Assembly (NCBI GenBank): GCA_965116885.1
Contig: OZ220741.1
Location: forward strand, 2,944,001 to 3,008,000
Reading direction: 5' to 3'
Source: Candidatus Latescibacterota bacterium
GTDB lineage: Bacteria > Latescibacterota > UBA2968
Length of the DNA stretch: 64,000 nucleotides
Shown here: positions 31,033 through 41,621 of the stretch, piece after piece
Numbering within the stretch: position 1 is the stretch's first letter
How the letters are laid out: every line of letters starts with the position of its first letter
The notes under the pieces: model-generated
What the model saw: only the letters and a program-made list of their open reading frames with translations
Database searches by the model: none
What the model was told of the DNA's origin: nothing
Translations under genes and position numbers: made by a program

Positions 31033-32259
31033 ATGGCGAGTATTAATGCAAATTATGACAAATTGGCTGCGGGATATTTGTTTCCCGAGATTGCGCGGAG
31101 GACGCAGGTTTTTCTCGATGCACATCCAGAGGTGTCCGTGATGCGGTTGGGCATTGGCAATACGACCGAGCCGCTGACGAGGAGCGTGATTGCCGGTTTG
31201 CACGATGCGGTGGACCAGATGGCGCGTGTGGAGACGTATCGCGGCTATGCCGATGGTGGAGAGGGCGAGCCTGAGATGCGGGAGGCTCTGGCGAAGCGCT
31301 ATGCAAAGTACGGGGTTGATCTCGATGCGTCTGAGGTTTTTGTGAGCGATGGCGCCAAGTCAGATTCGGCGAATATCCAGTCGATTTTTGGTATGGATAA
31401 TGTGATTGCTGTGCAGGATCCGGCATATCCGGTATATGTCGATAGCAATGTGATTTCCGGACGGACGGGCGAGGCGGTGAACGATCAGTATGCAGGACTG
31501 GTTTATATGCCGTGTACGGAAGAGAATGGTTTTATGCCCGAGGTGCCAGATGAAAAAGTGGATTTGATCTATATTTGCAGCCCGAATAATCCAACGGGTG
31601 CTGTGGCAACCCGAGCGCAGCTTCAGGCGTTTGTGGATTATGCGATAGAACACAGGGCGGTGATTATTTATGATGCGGCTTATGCCGGGTATATCTCCGA
31701 TGCGGATTTGCCGCGAACGATTTACGAGGTTGAGGGGGCAAAGTCCTGCGCGATTGAGATCAATAGTTTTTCCAAAGATACCGGGTTTACGGGTGTGCGC
31801 CTGGGATGGACAGTTGTGCCGATGGATCTGGTGGTGGAAGACGCGGAGGCGGGCAAATTGAATACGCTGTGGGGCAGGCGTCAAAATACGTTTTTTAATG
31901 GTGCTTCTAATATTGTGCAATTGGGTGCTTTGTCGGTGTTTACCGAAGAAGGCGAACGCGAATGCCAGGAGATGATTGCGTATTATATGGAGAATGCGCG
32001 CATTATTCGGGCGGGTCTGAGAAGTATTGGGCTGACGGTTTTCGGCGGTGTACACGCGCCTTATTTGTGGCTCAAGACTCCGAATGGTATGTCGTCGTGG
32101 GACTTTTTTGACAAGTTGTTGTCAGAAGCCTATGTCGTGGGTACGCCGGGTTCGGGTTTTGGTCCTGCTGGCGAAGGTTATTTTCGCTTGAGTTCGTTTG
32201 GACATCGAGAAGATGTCGAACGGGCAGTGGCGAGTATTCAGGCGAATTTGAAGATTTGA
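31033..32259 (+). CDS. dapL: LL-diaminopimelate aminotransferase
   Basis: YLFPEI, LGIG, FVSDGAK, CSPNNPTG, SFSK.GFTGVR, PGSGFG. Confidence 0.97.
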   Translation: MASINANYDKLAAGYLFPEIARRTQVFLDAHPEVSVMRLGIGNTTEPLTRSVIAGLHDAVDQMARVETYRGYADGGEGEPEMREALAKRYAKYGVDLDASEVFVSDGAKSDSANIQSIFGMDNVIAVQDPAYPVYVDSNVISGRTGEAVNDQYAGLVYMPCTEENGFMPEVPDEKVDLIYICSPNNPTGAVATRAQLQAFVDYAIEHRAVIIYDAAYAGYISDADLPRTIYEVEGAKSCAIEINSFSKDTGFTGVRLGWTVVPMDLVVEDAEAGKLNTLWGRRQNTFFNGASNIVQLGALSVFTEEGERECQEMIAYYMENARIIRAGLRSIGLTVFGGVHAPYLWLKTPNGMSSWDFFDKLLSEAYVVGTPGSGFGPAGEGYFRLSSFGHREDVERAVASIQANLKI

Positions 32260-32268
32260 GGTGAACAG

Positions 32269-33714
32269 ATGACGCAGTCCAATCCAAACATCATTTTTAT
32301 TCTGGCTGATGATATGGGCTATGGGGATCTGGCGTGCCAGAATAGAGAGTCTAAAATTCCAACGCCGAATCTGGACCGGTTGGCGTCGCAGGGGGTTCGT
32401 TTTACCGATGCCCACGCGCCGTCCAGCGTTTGTACGCCGTCGCGCTATGCGATTCTTACGGGGCGGTATTCGTGGCGAACCCGGTTGCAAGGCGGCGTGT
32501 TGTGGCCCTGGGATCCGCCTTTGATTGATCCGGGGCGAACGACAGTGGCTGCATTGCTGCGAGATCAGGGGTATCGCACGGCTTGTATTGGGAAGTGGCA
32601 TTTGGGATGGCACTGGGAGACAAAGGATGGGCGTGCGGCTTATGAAGGCGCAGAATACGGGGTGTTGGGTAGAGATCATCGGTATGAATTGGGCAAGAAT
32701 ATCGATTTTAGTAAGCCGGTCACAGGCGGTCCTGTAGAATGTGGATTTGATTATTATTTTGGCGATGATGTGCCCAATTTTCCGCCTTATACCTGGTTTG
32801 AAAACGATCGGTTGGTGGATGCGCCAGTTGAAGAGAAGCCCGAGGAGATGTTTGGATCGCCCGGGGCTATGGCGCCGGGATGGTCTCTCGAAGCGGTGAT
32901 GCCCGAGTTGACCCATCGCGCGGTTCAATATATTGAGGCGGCGGATGATCAACCGTTTTTTTTGTATTTTCCACTGACTGCGCCGCATACGCCGATCGTG
33001 CCAATAGATGAATTTAAGGGTATGAGCGAGGCGGGTGAATACGGAGATTTTGTGTGTGAAGTAGATTGGACTGTGGGAGAGGTGATGGCGGCACTTGATC
33101 GAAAAGGGATTGCCGAGAATACGCTCATTATTTTTACCAGTGATAATGGGCCGGAAAATTTTGCGTATAGACGGATTCAGGAATACGGTCATTACAGTAT
33201 GGATGGTTTGCGGGGGTTGAAACGCGATGTGTGGGAAGGCGGGCATCGGGTTCCGTTTGTTGCCAGATGGCCCGGTCAGATTGAGGCGGGCAGGGTTTGC
33301 GATGAGGTGATTTGTATGTCCGATTTTATGGCTACGGTGGCGGCGATAAGCGGCGCGTCTTTGTCGGAAGATATGGGTGAAGATAGTTATAATATACTGC
33401 CCGCGCTTTTAGATGAGCCTTTTGATGCGCCTATCCGGGAGGCGACTGTGCATCACAGCATTCGAGGGAAGTTCGCCATTCGGAAGGGCCGCTGGGTGTT
33501 GATTGATGCACCGAGTGGGGATGATAATAAAGAACCGGATTGGTTTGTGGAAGAACGCGGGTATGTGCCCCACGATCATCCGGGCGAACTCTTTGATCTC
33601 GAACGCGATCGGATTGAGCGATTTAACCGTTATGCAGAATATCCCGAGGTCGTTGAAGAACTCAAGACTTTGCTCGAAAAGTATAAGCGAGAGGGCCGAA
33701 GTGTTTCGCGCTGA
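32269..33714 (+). CDS. Arylsulfatase A-like sulfatase
   Basis: PNIIFILADDMGYGD, CTPSR, GKWHLG, SDNG, WEGGHRVP. Confidence 0.95.
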   Translation: MTQSNPNIIFILADDMGYGDLACQNRESKIPTPNLDRLASQGVRFTDAHAPSSVCTPSRYAILTGRYSWRTRLQGGVLWPWDPPLIDPGRTTVAALLRDQGYRTACIGKWHLGWHWETKDGRAAYEGAEYGVLGRDHRYELGKNIDFSKPVTGGPVECGFDYYFGDDVPNFPPYTWFENDRLVDAPVEEKPEEMFGSPGAMAPGWSLEAVMPELTHRAVQYIEAADDQPFFLYFPLTAPHTPIVPIDEFKGMSEAGEYGDFVCEVDWTVGEVMAALDRKGIAENTLIIFTSDNGPENFAYRRIQEYGHYSMDGLRGLKRDVWEGGHRVPFVARWPGQIEAGRVCDEVICMSDFMATVAAISGASLSEDMGEDSYNILPALLDEPFDAPIREATVHHSIRGKFAIRKGRWVLIDAPSGDDNKEPDWFVEERGYVPHDHPGELFDLERDRIERFNRYAEYPEVVEELKTLLEKYKREGRSVSR

Positions 33715-33725
33715 GCGGTAGAGGG

Positions 33726-34667
33726 ATGAATTTTATGAGACGTATTTTTTGCATCCTGATTGTATTTGTATGGGTTGGCACGGTTGGGGCAGAGGTGCAG
33801 GTCGCATTTCGCTTTGAGGCTGTTTTTGGCGAAATAGGGGGTGGCGATGGACAGTTTCTCGATCCCGAGGGATTGACTCTGGATACGTCGGGCAATGTGT
33901 TTGTGGTCGATACCGGGAATGATCGCGTCCAAAAGTTGTCTCCAACCGGAACTTTTTTGAGGGCAGTGGGGGGACCGGGGTGGGAAGATGGGCAATTTAA
34001 TAAACCGGGTGGTATTGCCGCGAGCAAGGGGCTGGAGATTTATGTGGCCGATGGCCGGAATCACCGCATTCAGGTGTTTAATCTCAATTTGCGTCTTCTG
34101 GCAGTGATTGGTGGGGCGGATGCCGGTGGTTCTATAGATCTGGGTACGCTCAGTGGTATTGCGGTGTCGGATGCAGATGAGATTTTGGTGGGCGATATCG
34201 ATGCCGATCAACTGGTGCAGATCGATACGTATAGCCGCGTTGACCGCAGTTTTGGCGGGTTTGGGTATGGGGCTGGCAATTTGCGGCGGCCTTTGGGGAT
34301 TGCAGTAGAAGGGCGTGAGGTAGTTTATGTTTGCGATAGTGAGAATGATCGAATCGCGGTGTTCGACAGGTTTGGCAATTTCCAAAAGGGAATGGGCGAA
34401 GATGTTTTATTGCAGCCCGCGGCGCTGTGTGTGGGTCCTGAGCGGACGCTGATTGTGGCGGATACGGGGCACCATCGCATTGTGGTGTTTGATCTCGATT
34501 CTGGCGGTGTTGCAGGCTCTTTGGGTGGTCCCGATCCGGGAAAGGGGGCGATGGCGTTTCAGTTTCCCCGGGGTGTCGCACTTGGACGCGCTGGCAGGTT
34601 GTTCGTTCTGGATTCGGGCAATGGGCGCATTCAGAAGTTGCAAATACAGGTTTCAAGGGGGAAGTAG
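33726..34667 (+). CDS. Secreted NHL-repeat (6-bladed propeller) protein
   Basis: Signal-like N-terminus; repeats F..P.G......V.D.GN.R.Q. Confidence 0.9.
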   Translation: MNFMRRIFCILIVFVWVGTVGAEVQVAFRFEAVFGEIGGGDGQFLDPEGLTLDTSGNVFVVDTGNDRVQKLSPTGTFLRAVGGPGWEDGQFNKPGGIAASKGLEIYVADGRNHRIQVFNLNLRLLAVIGGADAGGSIDLGTLSGIAVSDADEILVGDIDADQLVQIDTYSRVDRSFGGFGYGAGNLRRPLGIAVEGREVVYVCDSENDRIAVFDRFGNFQKGMGEDVLLQPAALCVGPERTLIVADTGHHRIVVFDLDSGGVAGSLGGPDPGKGAMAFQFPRGVALGRAGRLFVLDSGNGRIQKLQIQVSRGK

Positions 34668-34755
34668 GAGGTGGGAAGTAGGAAGTAGGAAGTGTAAGGC
34701 CGGGATGTTCCGCGGGGCGGGATGTCCTATTTTTTTTAGATGCGAGACGCGAGAG

Positions 34756-37700
34756 ATGAGTTTTAGCACCCTTCATATTGCTCGGGGCATTGTATTTTTT
34801 TTCTTGTGCGTTGTGACGGCACATGCACAGGTTCCCGTGCCAGAGAAGTTTACGCTGTTCGATGGGGAACGGGTGTTTCAAGCGGATGGTAGCCGCGGGC
34901 CTTTTTCGATTTCCGATCGCGCTATTGAGGCGGCGAGTGAACGGGTGTGGGTGGATGGGGTGTTGCTCGTTCGGGACCGGGATTATGTGGTGGATGCCAA
35001 TCGCGCGTTGCTGACGCTTTTGCGGGATGTTGCGCGGGGTGTGGAGATTGTGGTGCGTTTTAGGCAGCGTCCTCTGGTGACTGCACCTGTGGTTCAGCGT
35101 CGTCAGTTTCAACCGGGGGAAGGCGATGGAGATCAACCGATTGTGCGCGTGTTTTCTCCGCCTGTTGTGCGAGAAAGGGATGAAGAGCAGAAGTTGACGA
35201 TTGGCGGTCATAAGAGTATTTCTGTGACCGCGGGATCTCAACACGCGGTTCATCAGGCTTTGCAGTTGCGTATTTCGGGCGAGGTTGCCGAGGGGGTCAA
35301 TTTATTGACCGTGCTGTCCGATCGCAATTTGCCAATAGGCGAGCAGGGTGGATCGAAGCGGTTACAGGAATTGGATCGCGTGTTTTTTCAGGTTAATGCC
35401 AATCAGGTATCGGCTACGCTCGGCGATCTCGATGTGGCGTTTGACGGGACTGTGTTTGGGCGCTATCGGAGGCAGTTGCAGGGCGCGCGCGTGTTTGCCC
35501 ATCGGGAGAAGGGGCAAGTCGCGGCTTTTGGGGCGGTATCGCGGGGGCGTTGGGAAACGCGGCGGCTGGTGACGGTTGAGGGTTTTCAGGGACCTTATTC
35601 ATTGTCCGGTGGTGGGTTGAGGGGGCAAATTGTGCCGGAGTCCGAGCGGGTGTATCTGAATGGGCGATTGCTCAGACGTGGGGATGGGGCAGATTATACG
35701 ATTGATTACGAGCGCGGGCATGTGGCGTTTATGCCTGAGATACCAATTGGGGTGGAGAGCCGCGTTACAGTGGAGTATCAGGTGATTGATGCCGATATGA
35801 GAAGCCGGCTGATGGGTATAGAGTCCCGCGTGTCCCTCGCTGAGGGGATGTCTGTGGGAACAACGCTGATTCGAGAGTCTGATCGTCCGGCATTGTCGCC
35901 TGGAATAGCTTCAGTGCATCGGCAGTTGGGGGTGGTGTACGCGACGTACACGCCGTGGTCAAATGCGCGTATTTCTGGGGAGTTCGCTTTGAGTGATCGG
36001 AATTTGGGAAGTGGACGCGGGTTTCGCATGGATGGCGCGTGGAAAGCGCGCAATTTTGAAGTCACGGGCCGGTTTCGCCAGGTTGGGGCCAATTTTGAAG
36101 CATTTGAGCGATTGGATAGAGGGCGGGCAGCCGGGCGGTGGGGGTGGCAAGCCGATACTGCGCGAACTGCCCAACGCGAGGGTGAGGTGGCTGTGCGTTG
36201 GGATTTGGGCAAGGCGTTTTCTGTTGTCGGGGAATACGGACAGCATTTGGGGGCTGTGCTAACGGATCGGAAAAGTGTGGGGATTCACGCGCCTGTAGGG
36301 ATGTATCGCTATGAGTCACTCGGGCGCGGTAGCGGCGAGATGCGCCGGCACGAGGGTCAAGTTGAAGTGTCGATGGGAGGTGTTGTGCCGGGGTTTCGTT
36401 TTTCGCTGGAAAATGGGATGGGTGATGGGGTGGGTAGCAGTTCGCTTTTTTATGCCATACGTCCGCGTGTTTTGCCCCAGGGTGTTGACAAACAGGAGTT
36501 GGTGTGGCACATAGGTGTTGGCGAAGGGCGAAATTGGTCGTGGGTATCGGAGTTGAAATATCGGAAGTTCAGGCAGCGAGAAGCGGTGTGGCAGGATAGT
36601 TTGCGCGGGTGGTTGCACACCCACAGGGCGCAGATGACAAATTGGAAGGGTTGGATTTTTGCGGGTTCTTATACGCACGGAGAAATCCAGATTGGGCGCG
36701 AACATCAGCAGACGACGACGCATCTGGGACGCGTGCGGTTGGGACATAATCGTCCCGGCTCATCACATCAGATAACGTATCGCGTTTCGAGTACGCGGGT
36801 CAGCCAGCCCATTTTTGTCGAAGTGGCATCCGGGCTGGGGGAATATATCTGGGAGGATGCCAATGGCGATGGTTTGCGCGATGTGGAAGAGTTTGTACCC
36901 GATGTCGATGGCAATTATGTACGGGTTTATGATTACGGGCAGTTTGCACCTGCTCGCGATGGCGCACTGGGCATGCGCGTGGAGATTGATTTTCGGCGTT
37001 TGATTGACGATGAGCACTTTTTGTCCGCTGTCGCGCTGGATGCATCGTTGCGTGCAGAGCGGCAGATTGCGACTGGGGCGAAGCAGGCGGCTCCCTGGGA
37101 TCTGTTGGGTTTTGATGCGGATGCCGGGATTTTGGGCGCTCGCAGAGATGGGCTGGTGCGTCTTTATTTGTTTCGGTATCACAGGCGGGGATCGCTGCGT
37201 TTAACTGCGCGCGTGCGCGATCTGGTTAATCAGGCGTTTTACGGGGGGGCTGCCGAATTTTTTGTGCAGGGTGGTTTGTTGGGAAAATTGAGGCCTGTCA
37301 ATCGTCTTGAATTGGAGACGGAATTTGATCTCGGACATAGAGCGCGCGAGGGCGCAGGTGCTTTTGCCTATCGCATTGATGGGGCGAGCGGTGCGCTGCG
37401 CTGTGCCTTCAGGTCCGGGCATAAATGGTATTTGCGTTTGGGCATTTTGGGCGGGCGAGATTGGGAGGGGATCCGGGCGTTGCGCGTGTGGCATATCGGT
37501 GTTCAGCCAGAGGTGATTTACGCTTTGCCCGGTCGCGGGCGATTGCGCGGGCGGTTGGATTGGACGCGGGTTTGGGCGACGGATGTGGCGCCCTTATTTT
37601 TGGGGTTGGCAAGGGGTAATCGTCAGGGGCAGAACTGGGGATGGCGATTGGGGATGGATTACCGCTTTGGCAAATATGTATCGGCGCGTGTGATGTACGA

Positions 37701-37767
37701 TGGGCGCGTAAGACCTGCTCGTCAGACGATACATCTCGGGCGCGTGGAGATGCGGGCGGTGTTTTGA
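34756..37767 (+). CDS. Large outer-membrane beta-barrel protein of unknown function
   Basis: Signal peptide ending AHA-Q; two SERV..G.LL.R..DY.(V/I)D modules; amphipathic strands; C-terminal Phe (MRAVF). Confidence 0.7.
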   Translation: MSFSTLHIARGIVFFFLCVVTAHAQVPVPEKFTLFDGERVFQADGSRGPFSISDRAIEAASERVWVDGVLLVRDRDYVVDANRALLTLLRDVARGVEIVVRFRQRPLVTAPVVQRRQFQPGEGDGDQPIVRVFSPPVVRERDEEQKLTIGGHKSISVTAGSQHAVHQALQLRISGEVAEGVNLLTVLSDRNLPIGEQGGSKRLQELDRVFFQVNANQVSATLGDLDVAFDGTVFGRYRRQLQGARVFAHREKGQVAAFGAVSRGRWETRRLVTVEGFQGPYSLSGGGLRGQIVPESERVYLNGRLLRRGDGADYTIDYERGHVAFMPEIPIGVESRVTVEYQVIDADMRSRLMGIESRVSLAEGMSVGTTLIRESDRPALSPGIASVHRQLGVVYATYTPWSNARISGEFALSDRNLGSGRGFRMDGAWKARNFEVTGRFRQVGANFEAFERLDRGRAAGRWGWQADTARTAQREGEVAVRWDLGKAFSVVGEYGQHLGAVLTDRKSVGIHAPVGMYRYESLGRGSGEMRRHEGQVEVSMGGVVPGFRFSLENGMGDGVGSSSLFYAIRPRVLPQGVDKQELVWHIGVGEGRNWSWVSELKYRKFRQREAVWQDSLRGWLHTHRAQMTNWKGWIFAGSYTHGEIQIGREHQQTTTHLGRVRLGHNRPGSSHQITYRVSSTRVSQPIFVEVASGLGEYIWEDANGDGLRDVEEFVPDVDGNYVRVYDYGQFAPARDGALGMRVEIDFRRLIDDEHFLSAVALDASLRAERQIATGAKQAAPWDLLGFDADAGILGARRDGLVRLYLFRYHRRGSLRLTARVRDLVNQAFYGGAAEFFVQGGLLGKLRPVNRLELETEFDLGHRAREGAGAFAYRIDGASGALRCAFRSGHKWYLRLGILGGRDWEGIRALRVWHIGVQPEVIYALPGRGRLRGRLDWTRVWATDVAPLFLGLARGNRQGQNWGWRLGMDYRFGKYVSARVMYDGRVRPARQTIHLGRVEMRAVF

Positions 37768-37794
37768 GAATTAAAAATTAAAAATTGAGAATTA

Positions 37795-37826
37795 AATGTA
37801 GGGGCGGTGCCCCTGTGCCCGCCCGT
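37795..37826 (+). repeat. GTAG-type REP-like palindrome, copy 2
   Basis: Identical to 4231-4262. Confidence 0.85.
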
Positions 37827-37865
37827 CGTGCAAAGGTGCAGATGAATACGGATCAATACATAAAA

Positions 37866-39503
37866 ATGTGGCGGTATTTGTTTTTTGCGTTGTGGATAGT
37901 CTGTGTCGCGTCCAGCGCGGAGGGAGAGGTGCGTGTGATTGTGAAGCGCGTGCAGGTTGAAGGTGCGCGGTCTGTACGTGTGGGCGATGTGCGGGGTTGG
38001 CTGGTTACGCGGGTGGGCGTTGCGGTGGATTCGGCGTTGTTGCGAAAGGATGTTCACCGCATTTTGAAGGGGTATCAGGCGCGTGGGTTCTGGCGGGTGG
38101 CGGTGGCTTTTCCCAGGATTGCAATGCGGGGGGGCGACGCGACGGTGACTTTTGGAGTTACTGAAGGTGTGCGAACGCGGGTTGCGTCTGTGGAGGTGCG
38201 CGGCGATCTGGTCTTTGATCAATCGGAGGCTTTTGGTCTCACGCGGGGTATGGTGTTGCTCGAAAGTGATTTGGAACAGCGGTTGGATCGTTTGTTGCGT
38301 TTTTATGAAGACCGGGGCTATCCGTTTTGTGCATTGCGCCCAGATGTGCAATTTGATAGTGATAGCGCGCGCGTGCAGGTGGTGGTGTCGCCCGGTCCTC
38401 TGGTGCATGTCGATGTGGTGCGTTTTGAGGGCAATGAAACGACGCGGGAAGATGTTTTGTTGCGGCATATTTCGTTTGTTGCGGGCGAGGTCTATGACCA
38501 GCGGCGCGTGGATACTTTTGTGCGGCAGTTGCAAAGTTTGCCATTTATCGACCGGGTTTATACGCCTGAACTCGTATCTACCGGTGATGAGATGGCGCTT
38601 GTGATCGGTGTAGAGGAATCGCGTCACACGCGCATTGAAGGGGTGCTTGGGGTGGGGTCTGGACAGAGTTTGACCGGGGAGATCGCGCTCGATGTTCTGA
38701 ATTTTTCTGGTGGAGGACGAGAGGGGTACGCGCTGTGGTCGCGGCAAGGGGTGGGGTTGTCGAATTTGCGGGTTTCGTATCGCGAGCCCTATGTGTTAAA
38801 TAGTCCGCTTTCAGGTTGGGGTGCAGTGGAGATGGTTGCGCGCACGGGGTATGTGACGCATAGGTTTGGGGGCGGCGCAGATGTTGCTGTGGGTGAGGGT
38901 GCGCGGTTTTTTGGCGGTGTTGCACACAGGCGCGTTTTGCCCGATTCCGCAGGGCTAGGGTTTTATGAGACCGAGAGGATGTGGTCTCTCGATTCGGGTG
39001 TTCGATTTGATCGGCGAGGGCAGGCCCTGGGCGGTTGGAAAGCGGAGATCAGAGGAGAGATCGGCGAGGTTTCAGATGGGGTCCGGCGGGTGCAGTGGGG
39101 TGTTGATGGACAGGTGTTTTTGCCGGTGGGCAGGCAGTCTGTTATCGTGGGACGGGCGCGCGCTTTTTGGGTGGGACAAGAGGGGGATGTGCCGCAGTCT
39201 GCCGGTATCTGGCTGGGGGGCGCACAATCGCTGCGGGGCTATCGAGAAGAGATGTTCTGGGGAACAAATGCGGGGTGGGTCAATGTGGAATGGCGGTGGT
39301 TGTTGGGGCCGAAAGCGCGACTTTTTGCCTTTGTCGATGCGGGAAGGATCGCGGGGGCAGGGTCGCGTTCATGGCCCGTGTCCTACGGCCTGGGGCTTTT
39401 GGCAAATGGACGGATGGGCGCGGTTGGGATAGATTATGGATTGCCACGGGGCGAGAGTTTGGGGCAGGGTATGGTGCATGTGCGGATGGTCAGTGCGTTT
39501 TAG
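37866..39503 (+). CDS. Omp85 (BamA/TamA) family protein with POTRA domains
   Basis: POTRA-like segments (FEGNETTREDVLLR), LGG.QSLRGY lid motif, FVDAG, C-terminal Phe. Confidence 0.88.
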   Translation: MWRYLFFALWIVCVASSAEGEVRVIVKRVQVEGARSVRVGDVRGWLVTRVGVAVDSALLRKDVHRILKGYQARGFWRVAVAFPRIAMRGGDATVTFGVTEGVRTRVASVEVRGDLVFDQSEAFGLTRGMVLLESDLEQRLDRLLRFYEDRGYPFCALRPDVQFDSDSARVQVVVSPGPLVHVDVVRFEGNETTREDVLLRHISFVAGEVYDQRRVDTFVRQLQSLPFIDRVYTPELVSTGDEMALVIGVEESRHTRIEGVLGVGSGQSLTGEIALDVLNFSGGGREGYALWSRQGVGLSNLRVSYREPYVLNSPLSGWGAVEMVARTGYVTHRFGGGADVAVGEGARFFGGVAHRRVLPDSAGLGFYETERMWSLDSGVRFDRRGQALGGWKAEIRGEIGEVSDGVRRVQWGVDGQVFLPVGRQSVIVGRARAFWVGQEGDVPQSAGIWLGGAQSLRGYREEMFWGTNAGWVNVEWRWLLGPKARLFAFVDAGRIAGAGSRSWPVSYGLGLLANGRMGAVGIDYGLPRGESLGQGMVHVRMVSAF

Positions 39504-39695
39504 TTTGCAAAAGAAAGCGCGAATAGACGAATAGACGAACCCCGCTCAACCACCCAAAGCATGTGCTGACATGATGTAAGTCAGTATTGCTGCGAACTCA
39601 GTAGCTGATAAACTGCTGGCGCAGTTGTACCCTATTCCGTAGATTCGCTGATTCGCTGATTCGTAGATTCGCTGATTCGTAGAAAGGAGAGTTTT

Positions 39696-41621
39696 ATGTT
39701 GAGCAGGATTCGCAGTATCATGTTGGTAACACTTGCCGCAGGTCTCATGTGGGGCTGTGGCGGCGAGCGCGGGATGGAGCCTTCCGGAGTAGATGAGCCG
39801 ATTGGACGTCCGCTGAGTAAAATGGCTGTAGCGGGTGGTGGTATGTCTCAAGCGACGGTGGTGGCGACTGTGTCGCAAGATGATGCGCCTGTGGCAGGTG
39901 CGATGGTCGAGTTTGCGCGTTCTGTTGCCGGGCAGGCTCCGGATTATCGGTGGTCGGGTATGACCGATGATATGGGGCGCGTTACGGTGGAGATATCCGG
40001 TCAGGTGAGTGGATATTATCAGGCGCGTGCGTCTCGGGATGGCTCTGTGATGGGGCGTTGGTCGAGTATCCCCATCAATGGAGGCTATACGTCAACAGTT
40101 GCGTTGCCCATTGGTGGACAGGCACAGGTGACGGGTACGTCTGAGCTCATATCAGTTGGTGTTGTTGTGTCTCAAACGGGGCGATTTTCATCAATTGGAC
40201 AAGGGTATATCAATGGCTTTGAAATGGCTCTTGAAGAAGTGAATTCACAACTGAGTGATGCGACTTTGAGGTTTATTGTTGAGGATGATCAGAGCACGAT
40301 AGAAGGCGCTACTGCGGCGTATAATAAACTCATTCATGAAGATGGCGTGCCAGCCATTCTCGGTGTTTATACTTCTACTATGGTGCGCGCGGTATTTCCC
40401 ATTGCACAGGAAAATGAGGTTGTGGCGATCAGTCCTACCTCGGCCGCACGCGGTCTCAGCGCGATTGGCGATTTTGTCTTTCGCGTCGCCCTTACCGTTG
40501 ATGCGTTAATTCCGGGCAGTGTAAAATTGACCCGGGAAAAACTGGGCTATGAGCGCGTGGCCACAATGTATCAAAGCATGGATGTTTTTTCGCAGAGTAG
40601 CGATGAGGTGCTAAAGCAGGCCTTCAGTGAGAATGGGGTCGAGGTTCTGACTACTGAGACTTTTGAAACTGGCGCTATGGATCTTTCCACGCAATTTTCC
40701 CGGATTGTGGCACTGAATCCAGATGCGATTTTTGTTTCGGCTATATCAGCAGGGCGGACACAGGCTCTGATCGATGGGGGACAACACGGCATTCCTATAT
40801 TGATGCCTCTGCTCACTATGGATGAGGTAGAACGCGCCGGGGAGGCAGCCGAGGGGGCAATTAGTTTTACGTATTGGAGCAGTACGGGCAATGTACCGGC
40901 CAATCGCGCCTTTGTTGAGAATTATATGGCGAAATACGACGGTGCCGAGCCGGGCCGATTCGCCGCCGTGTCCTACGCGACGGTTCATATTTTGGCAAAG
41001 GCTATTGCAGATGCCGGGTCCTCTGATTCGCGAGCGATTCGGAACGCATTGGCTCAGATCGAGAATTTGGATACGGTTTTGGGTGCGTTTTCGTTTGATG
41101 CCAATGGAGACGCGGTTTACGATCCGGCTGTTCTGATTGTCAAGGATGGGAAGTTTGAGGTGTTTGATACAAAAACTGCCTTGGCGACAATCGGCGAGAC
41201 GAACGAAAGCGGTGTGACCGGAAAAGCGGTTTTCACACAAATCGGCGATAATATCAAGCTCGTCGTCTCGCTCGCTAATGCGTCTGCAGGCGAACACGCT
41301 GTCCATATCCACGCAACTGGCGATTGCAGTGCGCCAGACGGGACATCGGCTGGCGGGCATTGGAATCCTACTGGCGTTGCACACGGAAAATGGGGAGAAG
41401 GTGAATTTCATCTCGGCGACATTGGCAATATGACTGTCGATGAGCAAGGCATGGGGAAGATTGAACTGACGACAAATCTGTGGGAGATGAACACTGGCTC
41501 AGACATAGATATTGTTGGAAAAGCGATCATCGTCCATGCGGGTGCTGATGATTTTGTCTCACAACCTTCGGGCAATGCTGGCGCACGCATCGGTTGCGGC
41601 GTGATTGAGTTAGGGCAGTAA
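39696..41621 (+). CDS. Lipoprotein: N-terminal beta domain + LivK-type solute-binding domain + Cu/Zn superoxide dismutase domain
   Basis: Lipobox LMWGC; TG...G, EDD, FRV, G.FSFDANGD (Peripla_BP_6-like); HAVHIH, C..SAGGHWNP, HG, HLGD.GN, VHAGADD, GNAGARIGCG (SodC). Confidence 0.9.
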   Translation: MLSRIRSIMLVTLAAGLMWGCGGERGMEPSGVDEPIGRPLSKMAVAGGGMSQATVVATVSQDDAPVAGAMVEFARSVAGQAPDYRWSGMTDDMGRVTVEISGQVSGYYQARASRDGSVMGRWSSIPINGGYTSTVALPIGGQAQVTGTSELISVGVVVSQTGRFSSIGQGYINGFEMALEEVNSQLSDATLRFIVEDDQSTIEGATAAYNKLIHEDGVPAILGVYTSTMVRAVFPIAQENEVVAISPTSAARGLSAIGDFVFRVALTVDALIPGSVKLTREKLGYERVATMYQSMDVFSQSSDEVLKQAFSENGVEVLTTETFETGAMDLSTQFSRIVALNPDAIFVSAISAGRTQALIDGGQHGIPILMPLLTMDEVERAGEAAEGAISFTYWSSTGNVPANRAFVENYMAKYDGAEPGRFAAVSYATVHILAKAIADAGSSDSRAIRNALAQIENLDTVLGAFSFDANGDAVYDPAVLIVKDGKFEVFDTKTALATIGETNESGVTGKAVFTQIGDNIKLVVSLANASAGEHAVHIHATGDCSAPDGTSAGGHWNPTGVAHGKWGEGEFHLGDIGNMTVDEQGMGKIELTTNLWEMNTGSDIDIVGKAIIVHAGADDFVSQPSGNAGARIGCGVIELGQ

